DNA of 64,000 nucleotides from Sphingomonas sp. (lineage in GTDB: Bacteria > Pseudomonadota > Alphaproteobacteria > Sphingomonadales > Sphingomonadaceae). The DNA is taken from NCBI GenBank assembly GCA_043775965.1, contig JAYVRZ010000234.1:41061-105060 (forward strand), written 5' to 3'. A model generated the notes under the pieces. The model was given only the letters and a program-made list of their open reading frames with translations. It was not told the DNA's origin and searched no databases. Both the position numbers and the translations under genes were made by a program. The stretch's first letter is position 1; each line of letters starts with the position of its first letter. Below are positions 24,131-32,483 of this stretch, piece after piece.

Positions 24131-24254
24131 ATCCTTGGCCGCCGAGGAAGTGACGCCGACGGTGACGGAGGGGGAGGACACGGAAGAGCGGGTATATCCG
24201 TCTTCCCCCTCCGTCAGGCTAATGCCTGCCCCCCCCCCCCGGCGAGGGAGGGTC
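24131..24254. repeat. Intergenic palindromic element (family A, degenerate copy 2)
   Basis: TGACGGAGGGGGAGGACACGGAA and CCCCCTCCGTCAGGCT...GCCTGCC shared with 6457-6582; contains a C12 run at 24229-24240. Confidence 0.7.
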
Positions 24255-24272
24255 GAGGGGGCGATCTTCCCC

Positions 24273-26891
24273 CTAGAATTGCCCGCCGATGTTGAAGGTG
24301 ATCAGCTTGCTGTCGTCGCCAGGCGCCTTGAGCAACGCCTTGGCGAGATCGATCCGCAGCGGGCCGAACGGCGAGGTCCAGTTGACGCCGATGCCGACCG
24401 ACAGGCGCGGGCTGGCGGTGTTGCCCGAATAGGTCTCCTGATAGGTGCCGAGCGCGTAGGTGTACGGCGTGCCGGTGTTGGTGGTGGTGCTAACGCCTGC
24501 GGAATCGAGGTACAGCAGGTTGCCCGAGCCGTCGGTATATTGCCGCGTGCCCGCGACGCAGGCGACCGAGGCGGCGTTGGCGGCGGCGCAGGTGTCGGTC
24601 AGCGCCGGGGTCTTGCCGCCGAACACCGCGCCGACGTCCATGTAGATCGATGGGCGCAGGCCCAGTTCGCGCGCACCCGCGCCGAGCGGCAGTTCGAGTT
24701 CGAGACGGGCCTGGTAATAGGTCGTGCCGCCGAGCGCGGTCTGCGTCGTCGTGCTGCTGCTGTTCGACAAAGTCGCCGGCACCGTCGTCGTGTCGTAATA
24801 GGTGCGCGTGACGCGCGGGCCGACACCGCGGATGTCGAAGCCGCGCATCTGCGGGTCGCCGAGATAGAAGCGATCGGTCAGCCGGACGTCCTGGCCGAGC
24901 CCCTTGATATAGCCGCCCTCGGCATGCGCGGAGAGGATGAAGCTCGAGCCGAGGTCCATGTACTTGGTGTAGTTGGCGGTGCTGCGGATATATTTGGTGT
25001 CGCCGCCGAGCCCGGCGAAATCCTGGCTGACGCTGAACTTGCTGCCCTTGGTCGGTCGGATGCGGCTGTTGGTGCTGTCGAACACCAGCGAATAGCCGAT
25101 CGACGAGGTCCAGCGGTTGCCGACCGCGTCGCACAGATACGTGCCGGCGATCCCGGGATCGCAGACGCCGTTGGTATAATAGGTGTCGGCATCGAGCGTG
25201 ACCTGGTCGTAGGACAGGCCGTAGCGCGCAGTGGCGGACCAATATTCGGTGAGCGGCACCGCGGCACGGATCTGGAAACCGGTCGAGATCTGTTCGTAGG
25301 TCGTATCGTTGCTATCGCCGGTAGTGCTGTACGAGCTGTAGTCGCGGCGGAACAGATCGCCGCCAAGCGCGATGTTGGTGTCGAACAGATAGGGTTCGGT
25401 GAAGCCGAGATTGACCGACTTCGAATAGCTCGAATAGCTGACCCCGGCGCGCAGCTCCTGGCCCATGCCGCGGAAATTGCGCTGCGTGATATTGGCCTGT
25501 GCGATGAAGTTCTCGAGGCTCGAATAGCCCGCCGACAGCTGCAGTTCGCCGCTCGATTTTTCCTCCAGGTTGGTTTCCAGCACGACGCGGTCGGGGGCCG
25601 AACCGGGAGTCTGCTTGATCGTCATCTTGTCCTGGAAATAGCCCAGCGAATTGATCCGGTCCTCCGAACGCTTCACCTGGAAGCTGTTGAAGGCGTCGCC
25701 CTCGGCGAGGCGGATCTCGCGACGGACGACCTTGTCCTTGGTCTGCGTGTTGCCGTTGATCTCGACGCGCTCGACATAGGTGCGCTTGGCTTCGGCGATG
25801 TTGAAATTCACGCCCATCGTCAGCGTGTCGGCGTCCTTCTGGAACTCCGGGTTCACCTCGGTGAAGGCATAGCCGAACAGGCCTGCGGTCTGGCTGAGCG
25901 TGTCGACCGAATCCTCGACGAGCTTGGCGTTGTACCAGTCGTCTATCTTGAGCGGCAGCGTGGCGGCGAGCTTCTTGCCGTCGAAGTCGCGGATCTGGCT
26001 GTCGACCGTCACGTCGCCGAACTTGTAGCGTTTCCCTTCCTCCACCACGTAGGTGATGATGAAGTCCTTCTTGTCGGGCGTCAGTTCCGCGACCGCGGAC
26101 GTCACGCGGAAATCGGCATAGCCCTGCGTCAGGTAGAATTGCCGCAGCTTCTGCTGATCGTAGCTCAGGCGATCCTGATCGTAGCTGGTCGCCGACGACA
26201 ACAGCCGGCTGATACGCGCCTGCTTGGTGGCCATCTGCGCGCGGACCTGCGCGTCGGAGAAGACCACGTTGCCCAGGATGTTGATCTGGCGGACCTTGGA
26301 CTTCGGCCCTTCGCTGACTTCGAACACGACGTCGACGCGGTTCTGGTCGAGGTTGACCATCTTCGGATCGATCACCGCGGCGAAGCGGCCCTGGCGGCGG
26401 TAGAGTTCGAGGATCCGCGCGATATCCTGCCGGACCGCGGTGCGCGTGAAGATCTGGCGCGGGGCGAGCTTGATCTCCTTGGTGATCTTGTCGCTCTTCA
26501 GTGCCTTGTTGCCCTCGATCAGCACGCGGTTGACGATCGGGTTCTCGCGCACGCGCAGGACGATGTTGCCGTCCGCGACGCCCGCGATCGAATAGTCCGC
26601 GAACAGGTCGCTCGCCTGCAGGTCCTTCAGCGCCTGGTCGAGCGTTTCCGCCGTATAGGGCGCGCCTACCCGCAGCTTGGTGTAGCTCAGCACGGTCTCC
26701 GGCTCGATCCGCTGCGAGCCCTCGACGCGCAGGGTCTTGATCACGCGCGGGGTCGCCGCGGGTGCCAGGCCGGGTGCGGGGACCGGAGCGGGGACGGGCG
26801 GCGCTGGCGTCTGGCCCTGCGCCGCACCAGGGGCCGCCAGCGTCCCGAGCATGACCAATGCCAGGGATCCGGCGCCAAAATCGAACATCAT
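24273..26891 (-). CDS. bamA: Outer membrane protein assembly factor BamA (probable paralog)
   Basis: Five POTRA repeats (e.g. VEGSQRIEPETV, INGNTQTKDKVVRRE), GFTEPYLFD, MRGF loop-6 motif, WTSPFGPLRID and terminal FNIGGQF. Confidence 0.93.
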   Translation of the reverse strand: MMFDFGAGSLALVMLGTLAAPGAAQGQTPAPPVPAPVPAPGLAPAATPRVIKTLRVEGSQRIEPETVLSYTKLRVGAPYTAETLDQALKDLQASDLFADYSIAGVADGNIVLRVRENPIVNRVLIEGNKALKSDKITKEIKLAPRQIFTRTAVRQDIARILELYRRQGRFAAVIDPKMVNLDQNRVDVVFEVSEGPKSKVRQINILGNVVFSDAQVRAQMATKQARISRLLSSATSYDQDRLSYDQQKLRQFYLTQGYADFRVTSAVAELTPDKKDFIITYVVEEGKRYKFGDVTVDSQIRDFDGKKLAATLPLKIDDWYNAKLVEDSVDTLSQTAGLFGYAFTEVNPEFQKDADTLTMGVNFNIAEAKRTYVERVEINGNTQTKDKVVRREIRLAEGDAFNSFQVKRSEDRINSLGYFQDKMTIKQTPGSAPDRVVLETNLEEKSSGELQLSAGYSSLENFIAQANITQRNFRGMGQELRAGVSYSSYSKSVNLGFTEPYLFDTNIALGGDLFRRDYSSYSTTGDSNDTTYEQISTGFQIRAAVPLTEYWSATARYGLSYDQVTLDADTYYTNGVCDPGIAGTYLCDAVGNRWTSSIGYSLVFDSTNSRIRPTKGSKFSVSQDFAGLGGDTKYIRSTANYTKYMDLGSSFILSAHAEGGYIKGLGQDVRLTDRFYLGDPQMRGFDIRGVGPRVTRTYYDTTTVPATLSNSSSTTTQTALGGTTYYQARLELELPLGAGARELGLRPSIYMDVGAVFGGKTPALTDTCAAANAASVACVAGTRQYTDGSGNLLYLDSAGVSTTTNTGTPYTYALGTYQETYSGNTASPRLSVGIGVNWTSPFGPLRIDLAKALLKAPGDDSKLITFNIGGQF

Positions 26892-27142
26892 GCGTGCGTC
26901 TCCGGGGTGAATGGCGGCGCTATGGGGAGCATGTTTCCCACGGATGTTCCCACGTGTCGGGAGATGGCAGGCGTGTCACATTGGCGTACATGCGAGGTTT
27001 GCCGGGGGTACGAAATCCGGGCCCGTGTCCGGATATGTCGCAGTCGTGTCACGCTCGGACGCCGAGGACATTTGCGGGACACCGCCAGGCTGTAATCGGG
27101 ACTTGCAGGCAAGAGCCCAGCCTGCCTCAGGAAAGGTCCAGC

Positions 27143-27469
27143 ATGCGCGTTGCCATCAAGGGTGTCTCGGCACCGGAGCCCATTCGTCCGGCGGCGGAAC
27201 CCCCGATCGTCGACAACCCCTTCGCACCCGAGATATTCGCGACGGGGTTCACCGGCCTCGCCAATTTGAACGGCGTCATCGTGCTGACGCTGGAGAGCGC
27301 CCGCTGCGACCATAGCCGCCAACCGCCGGCCGTCGACCGGGTCGTGGTCGGGCGAGTCGCGCTGACCAGTGCGGCCGCGCAGGAGCTCGTCGCTGGGCTC
27401 AACCAGTTCCTCGAGCAACAGGGGTTGAGCCCGTCCAAGGCGATCGCAGGCGGGGCGACGTTCCAGTGA
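27143..27469 (+). CDS. Hypothetical protein (108 aa)
   Basis: ATG after GGAAAGG RBS; IVDNPFAPEIFATGF...GVIVLTL...VVVGRVALT..AAQELV..L; looks like beta strands followed by a helix. Confidence 0.7.
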   Translation: MRVAIKGVSAPEPIRPAAEPPIVDNPFAPEIFATGFTGLANLNGVIVLTLESARCDHSRQPPAVDRVVVGRVALTSAAAQELVAGLNQFLEQQGLSPSKAIAGGATFQ

Positions 27470-27579
27470 CCGTCGTTCGGACAGATGCGACGGCAGGCTA
27501 TCCGTCGATCACGCAAAGCGTAGCATTTTGCAGCGTGGCGGCCCCGATTCGCAACGCCTCGATCAGCTGGACGGGTCTT

Positions 27580-27646
27580 GGCCTGTCACGGATCCGCATT
27601 CGCGGCGTCCGGTTCTCCTGATCCGGCACCCCGGGCGTGACAGGCC
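27580..27646. ncRNA. Candidate multi-branched RNA structure upstream of the TBDR
   Basis: Perfect 11-bp closing stem GGCCTGTCACG/CGTGACAGGCC enclosing two small hairpins. Confidence 0.3.
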
Positions 27647-27853
27647 TGCAATCAACGTCACGAACCTAATACATAATGAAAGGCTGTGAATAGAACCGTG
27701 TTCGTCTGACGACACCGGTCGTCATTAACGAGCGATAGCTGGAACATAGCTTGTCGAGCGTGGAATCGTACAGCAAACCTGAGTGGCGGAACTGATCCGT
27801 ACCCCACAACATCTGCCGCGGCGATCAAAGATCGCGGTTCAGGGAGTATTTCC

Positions 27854-30694
27854 ATGCGTCTCGACTTTCGCGCACGTCTTTTGGCGTCGACTCTGCTGCT
27901 GGGCATGGCTGGCCCAGCTTGGGCGCAGGCTGCCGATCCTACGGTCCCGGCGCCCGCGACGACGGTGACGGAACAGGATGCGGCGGCGCCTGCGGATGGC
28001 GATACGATCGTCGTGACCGGTTCGCGCCTGGGCGGCGACAGCCTGAAACAGGCGTCGCCGATCTCGGTGGTGAGCGCCAAGGAAATCGCGCTGTCCGGCC
28101 AGATCAATGTCGAGAGCGTCCTGAAAGACCTCCCGCAGCTCATTCCCAGCACGACCGGCGCATCGAACAACCCCGGCGGCGGCGTCGCCACCGCAGATCT
28201 GCGGGGGCTTGGCGCGACGCGTACGCTCGTACTGGTCAACAACCGTCGCTACGTCGCGTATGACTCGAACCAGGTGGTCGACCTCAACACGATACCGGCC
28301 GCGCTGATCGAGCGCGTCGACATCGTCACCGGCGGCCGCTCGGCCGTGTACGGCTCGGATGCAATCGCTGGCGTCGTCAATTTCGTGATGAAGAAGGACT
28401 TCAGCGGGGTCGCGGCAAACGCGGAATACCGGCTCAACGAAGCGGGCGACGGCGCGAACTTCAACGGCAATCTGCTGCTCGGCGGCAATTTCGAAGACGG
28501 TCGCGGCAATGCGACGATTTATTTCGATTACACCAAGCGCAACGGCATCCTCCAGTCGGCGCGCGATTATTCGAAGCAGGCGCAGGTCGACGACGGCGAG
28601 GGCGGCCTGATCCCCGGCGGTTCGGGCTCGATCGAGGGTACGCGATTCGTCAACGCCGGCGTCAGTCGCAAGTTCGAGACCGACGGCAGCTACACGCCGT
28701 ATAATTCGGCAACCGACGCGTATAACTATGCGCCGTCGAACTATCTGCAGGTCCCGCAGGAGCGGTTCCTGATGAGCGCGCAGACGCATTACGAGGTCAG
28801 CCCGGCGCTGAACGTGTATGCCGAGGGCCAGTTCATCAACAACCGTGTGAAGAACAAGCTGGCACCGACGCCGTATACCGGATCGGTCGATATCGATATC
28901 GATTCATCCTTCCTGTCGCCCAGTTCGCAGGCGCTGTTGAAGACCCTCGACCCCGACGGTGACGGCTATGCGACGTCGACGATCGCGCGCCGCCTGACCG
29001 AAGTGGGCGATCGTATCTCCAGCCTCGACAATACCGCCTATCGCGCGGTGCTGGGCGCCAATGGCGACATCGGCGGCGGCTGGAACTACGACGCCTATTA
29101 CAGCTATTCGCGCACCAAATCGATCGAGACGCAGATCGGCAACGTCTCGAACAGCCGCGTCCTGCAGGCACTTCGCACCACCTACGACGCCAACGGCAAC
29201 CTGGTCTGCTCCGATAGCAGCAACGGCTGCGTGCCCTTGAACATCTACGGCGCGGGCAACATCAGCGCGGCGGCGGCGGCGTTCATCACCATCCCGGTGC
29301 AGAACTCCAGCACGATCAGCGAGCAGGTCGCCAGTGCATCGATCTCGAACCGCAACCTGTTCGATCTCGGCGCTGGGCCCGTCGGCATCGTCTTCGGGAC
29401 CGAGTATCGCCGCGAGCATGGCAGCTACAACCCGGACTTCTCGCTGTCGTCGGGTGACGTGGTCGGCTTCAACGCGGGCGAGGGCCTGAGTGGCGGCTAC
29501 GACGTCAAGGAAGCCTATACCGAAATCGCGGTACCGCTGCTGGCGGATATTCCGCTCATCAAAAAGCTCGAAGTGAATGGCGCATATCGCTATTCATATT
29601 ATTCGACCGCTGCGAAGTCGGTAAGCACCTATTCGGGTGGAGTCGTCTGGTCGCTGATCGACGACATTTCCCTGCGCGGCCAATATTCGCGCGCCGTCCG
29701 GGCACCCACCGTGTACGACCTCTACAGCGGTTCGACGCAGGACTTCCCGGCGGCGACGGATCCCTGCACATTGGCAGCCGCAGTGACGAATGCCAATTTG
29801 AAGGCCAGCTGCATCGCCACGGGCGTTCCCGCGGCTTCGCTAGGCCAGGACTATTACGGCGGCAGCTCGCAGATCCAGACGGTAGATGGCGGCAATCCCG
29901 CGTTGCGCGAAGAGACGTCTGATACCTACACGGTGGGTATCGTCCTTCAGCCACGGTTCCTGCCGCGCTTCTCGTTCACCGCGGATTACTACAAGATCAA
30001 GATCGCCAACTACATCTCGACGGTGGGTACGACAAATCTGCTTCGCGCCTGCTATGGCGATGCGGCGAATGGCTACACGCCGTATGACGCCAGCTATTGC
30101 TCGTCGCTGCCGCGCGACTCGAACAGCTATGCGATCACCAATGCCGCCAACACGCTCGCGAACACCGGTGGCGTCGTCACCCGCGGCGTCGATTTCGAGG
30201 CGCGCTACGGCCTGCCGCTGAACTTCGGCGCCTTCGGCAGCGGCACCAGCAAGCTCGACTTCCGGGTGAGCGGCACGCGACTGATCGCGTTCGACTACAA
30301 CCCGCTGGCGGCGATTCCCGACCTGACGATCAATTGCGCGGGCAAGTTCGGCACCACCTGCACCGAGCCTTATGCCAAGTGGCGCGTGTCGGCGCGCACG
30401 ACGTATTCGACCGGTCCGGTCACCGTCTCGGTCCTGTATCGTCACCTGTCGTCAGTGAATGACGACGATGTGAGCACGGTCTACGCGGTCGAGAAGATCA
30501 AGGCGTACGACTATTTCGACCTCACCGCGTCGTTCGACATCAAGCCGGGCTTCACCTGGTCGGTGGGCATGAACAACGTGTTCAACAAGCAGCCTCCGAT
30601 CCTGGGCGACAACCAGGAGCAGGCGAACACCTATCCGTCGACCTACGATCCGTATGGCCGGGCGTTCTTCGTGAGCACGAACGTCAAGTTCTAG
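27854..30694 (+). CDS. TonB-dependent receptor
   Basis: Signal peptide, DTIVVTGSRL, DLRGLGATRTLVLVN, ERVDIVTGGRSAVYGSDAIAGVVNF, terminal NVKF; GGGAG RBS. Confidence 0.95.
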   Translation: MRLDFRARLLASTLLLGMAGPAWAQAADPTVPAPATTVTEQDAAAPADGDTIVVTGSRLGGDSLKQASPISVVSAKEIALSGQINVESVLKDLPQLIPSTTGASNNPGGGVATADLRGLGATRTLVLVNNRRYVAYDSNQVVDLNTIPAALIERVDIVTGGRSAVYGSDAIAGVVNFVMKKDFSGVAANAEYRLNEAGDGANFNGNLLLGGNFEDGRGNATIYFDYTKRNGILQSARDYSKQAQVDDGEGGLIPGGSGSIEGTRFVNAGVSRKFETDGSYTPYNSATDAYNYAPSNYLQVPQERFLMSAQTHYEVSPALNVYAEGQFINNRVKNKLAPTPYTGSVDIDIDSSFLSPSSQALLKTLDPDGDGYATSTIARRLTEVGDRISSLDNTAYRAVLGANGDIGGGWNYDAYYSYSRTKSIETQIGNVSNSRVLQALRTTYDANGNLVCSDSSNGCVPLNIYGAGNISAAAAAFITIPVQNSSTISEQVASASISNRNLFDLGAGPVGIVFGTEYRREHGSYNPDFSLSSGDVVGFNAGEGLSGGYDVKEAYTEIAVPLLADIPLIKKLEVNGAYRYSYYSTAAKSVSTYSGGVVWSLIDDISLRGQYSRAVRAPTVYDLYSGSTQDFPAATDPCTLAAAVTNANLKASCIATGVPAASLGQDYYGGSSQIQTVDGGNPALREETSDTYTVGIVLQPRFLPRFSFTADYYKIKIANYISTVGTTNLLRACYGDAANGYTPYDASYCSSLPRDSNSYAITNAANTLANTGGVVTRGVDFEARYGLPLNFGAFGSGTSKLDFRVSGTRLIAFDYNPLAAIPDLTINCAGKFGTTCTEPYAKWRVSARTTYSTGPVTVSVLYRHLSSVNDDDVSTVYAVEKIKAYDYFDLTASFDIKPGFTWSVGMNNVFNKQPPILGDNQEQANTYPSTYDPYGRAFFVSTNVKF

Positions 30695-30724
30695 GCGCGG
30701 ATCCGACAGAGTCGGGCCTGATCG

Positions 30725-30764
30725 TCCCCCGTTACCCCGAACCTCGGTTCCGGGTGACGGGGGA
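30725..30764. terminator. Hairpin between convergent TBDR and nagE
   Basis: TCCCCCGTTACC...GGTGACGGGGGA followed by TTTT. Confidence 0.6.
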
Positions 30765-30767
30765 TTT

Positions 30768-32483
30768 TCATGTCCGGGGTGCGGCGACGATGTCCGCGTC
30801 GGTCGCCATCAACAGGTGCAGCAGGCCGGGGGCGGGGCGCGCGATCGCCTGCACGCCAAGCGCTTCGAGGGCCGGCGTCGATATGCGGTCTGCATCGCCG
30901 AGACGAACGCGCAGGCGCGTGCCGTGCAGGCTCGCGGCTTCCAGATTGTCCGCGCCGCCGAGTGCCGCCAGCGTCGCGGGCGTCAGCGCGATGTCGGTCG
31001 TGGCGACGGGTGCAGGCTCGGTCACTGCCATCGGTGCAAGGCCATCGGCGTCGATCGCATCGCGGATTTCCACCGCGACCGAATCGGCGATCGGGCCGAG
31101 TACGATCTGCAGCGCATGAGCGGAGGGGCGGATCAGCCCGCGCGCACCGAGTGCCTTCAATCGCGGTTCGTCGACCAGCGCCTGGTTCGCGACGATCAGT
31201 CGCAAGCGGGTGGTGCAGGCACCGACGCTGGTCAGGTTGGCCGCTCCGCCCAGTGCCTCGGCAAATGCCGCGCCGCGCTCGCTCTTCGCGATCGTCGCGG
31301 CGGCCACCGGCGCGTCGCGCTCGCGGCCGGGCGTGGGCAGGTCCAGGCGTTTGATGACCGCGCGGAACAGCACGTAATAGATCGCGGCGTAGGCGAGGCC
31401 GACCGGGATCAGCAGCAGCGGCTTGGTCGCCTTGCCGTAGTTCAGTACGTAATCGAACAGCCCCGCCGAGAAGCCGAAGCCGAGCTTCACGCCCAGCGCG
31501 TTCATCAGCGCCATCGACAGCCCGGTCAGCACCGCGTGGATCCCGTAGAGCACGGGCGCGAGGAACATGAAGCTGAACTCGATCGGCTCGGTCACCCCGG
31601 TCAGCGCCGAGGTGAGCGCGAGGCTGAGCAGCATCCCGCCGACCGCTTTGCGACGCTCGGGCAGCGCCGCATGGTACATCGCGAGGCAGGCGGCGGGCAG
31701 GCCGAACATCATCACCGGGAAGAAGCCGGCCATGAAAGCACCGGCGGTCGGATCGCCCGCGAAGAAGCGACGGAGATCGCCGGTCGTGCCGTGATAATCG
31801 CCGGCGACGAACCAGACGATGTTGTTGAGCAGATGGTGCAGCCCGGTGACGAGCAGCAGGCGGTTGAGCAGCCCGAACACGAACAGCCCGAAACCGCCGG
31901 AGCCGCTGATCCCGTAGCTGAGCCCGTCGATCCCTGCGCTGAGCGCGCCGAAACCGAGCCCGACGATCAGGCCTAGCGCAAGGCCCGCGAGGCCGCTGAC
32001 GATCGGCACGAACCGGCGCCCGCCGAAGAAGGCGAGATATTCTGGCAGCGCGATGGTCGAGAAGCGGTTGTAGAAACTGCCGCCGATCAGGCCTGACAGG
32101 ATGCCGATCGGCACGTCGAGACGGGCGATCGCCTTGGCTTTCCACGCCGCGGTGGCGAGCGCGATCGTGTCGCCGGTCAGGCCTTTCAGTGCGTCGGCGG
32201 GGACGGTCATCAGCGCCTGCGCGCCTTGCGTCGAGACGAGGTAGCACACCACGCCGGCGAGACACGCGGCGCCGTTGCCGTCGCGCGCGAACCCGGTGGC
32301 CACGCCGATCGCGAACAACAGGCCGAGGTGCGAGAAGATCGCATCGCCCGCCGCGCTGAGCACGGCGATGTCGAGCAGATCGGGTTGGCCGAGGCGGAGC
32401 AACAGCCCGGCGACCGGGAGCACCGCGATCGGCAGCATGAGCGCGCGGCCAAGCGGCTGGAGGGCTTCGAGCACGGACTTCAT
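30768..32483 (-). CDS. nagE: PTS N-acetylglucosamine-specific EIICB with a second, degenerate EIIB domain
   Basis: LQPLGRALMLPIAVLPVAGLLLRLGQPDLL, FFGGRRFVPI, GLHHLLNN, LTGVTEPIEF, TPGRE, ACTTRLRL; ATGA overlap. Confidence 0.93.
   Translation of the reverse strand: MKSVLEALQPLGRALMLPIAVLPVAGLLLRLGQPDLLDIAVLSAAGDAIFSHLGLLFAIGVATGFARDGNGAACLAGVVCYLVSTQGAQALMTVPADALKGLTGDTIALATAAWKAKAIARLDVPIGILSGLIGGSFYNRFSTIALPEYLAFFGGRRFVPIVSGLAGLALGLIVGLGFGALSAGIDGLSYGISGSGGFGLFVFGLLNRLLLVTGLHHLLNNIVWFVAGDYHGTTGDLRRFFAGDPTAGAFMAGFFPVMMFGLPAACLAMYHAALPERRKAVGGMLLSLALTSALTGVTEPIEFSFMFLAPVLYGIHAVLTGLSMALMNALGVKLGFGFSAGLFDYVLNYGKATKPLLLIPVGLAYAAIYYVLFRAVIKRLDLPTPGRERDAPVAAATIAKSERGAAFAEALGGAANLTSVGACTTRLRLIVANQALVDEPRLKALGARGLIRPSAHALQIVLGPIADSVAVEIRDAIDADGLAPMAVTEPAPVATTDIALTPATLAALGGADNLEAASLHGTRLRVRLGDADRISTPALEALGVQAIARPAPGLLHLLMATDADIVAAPRT

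Noticed and set aside
24229-24240. C12 homopolymer as a phase-variation switch
   Set aside because: It aligns with CCACCTCCCCC in the sister repeat, so it is more likely repeat decay or a sequencing artefact, and it is not in a coding region.
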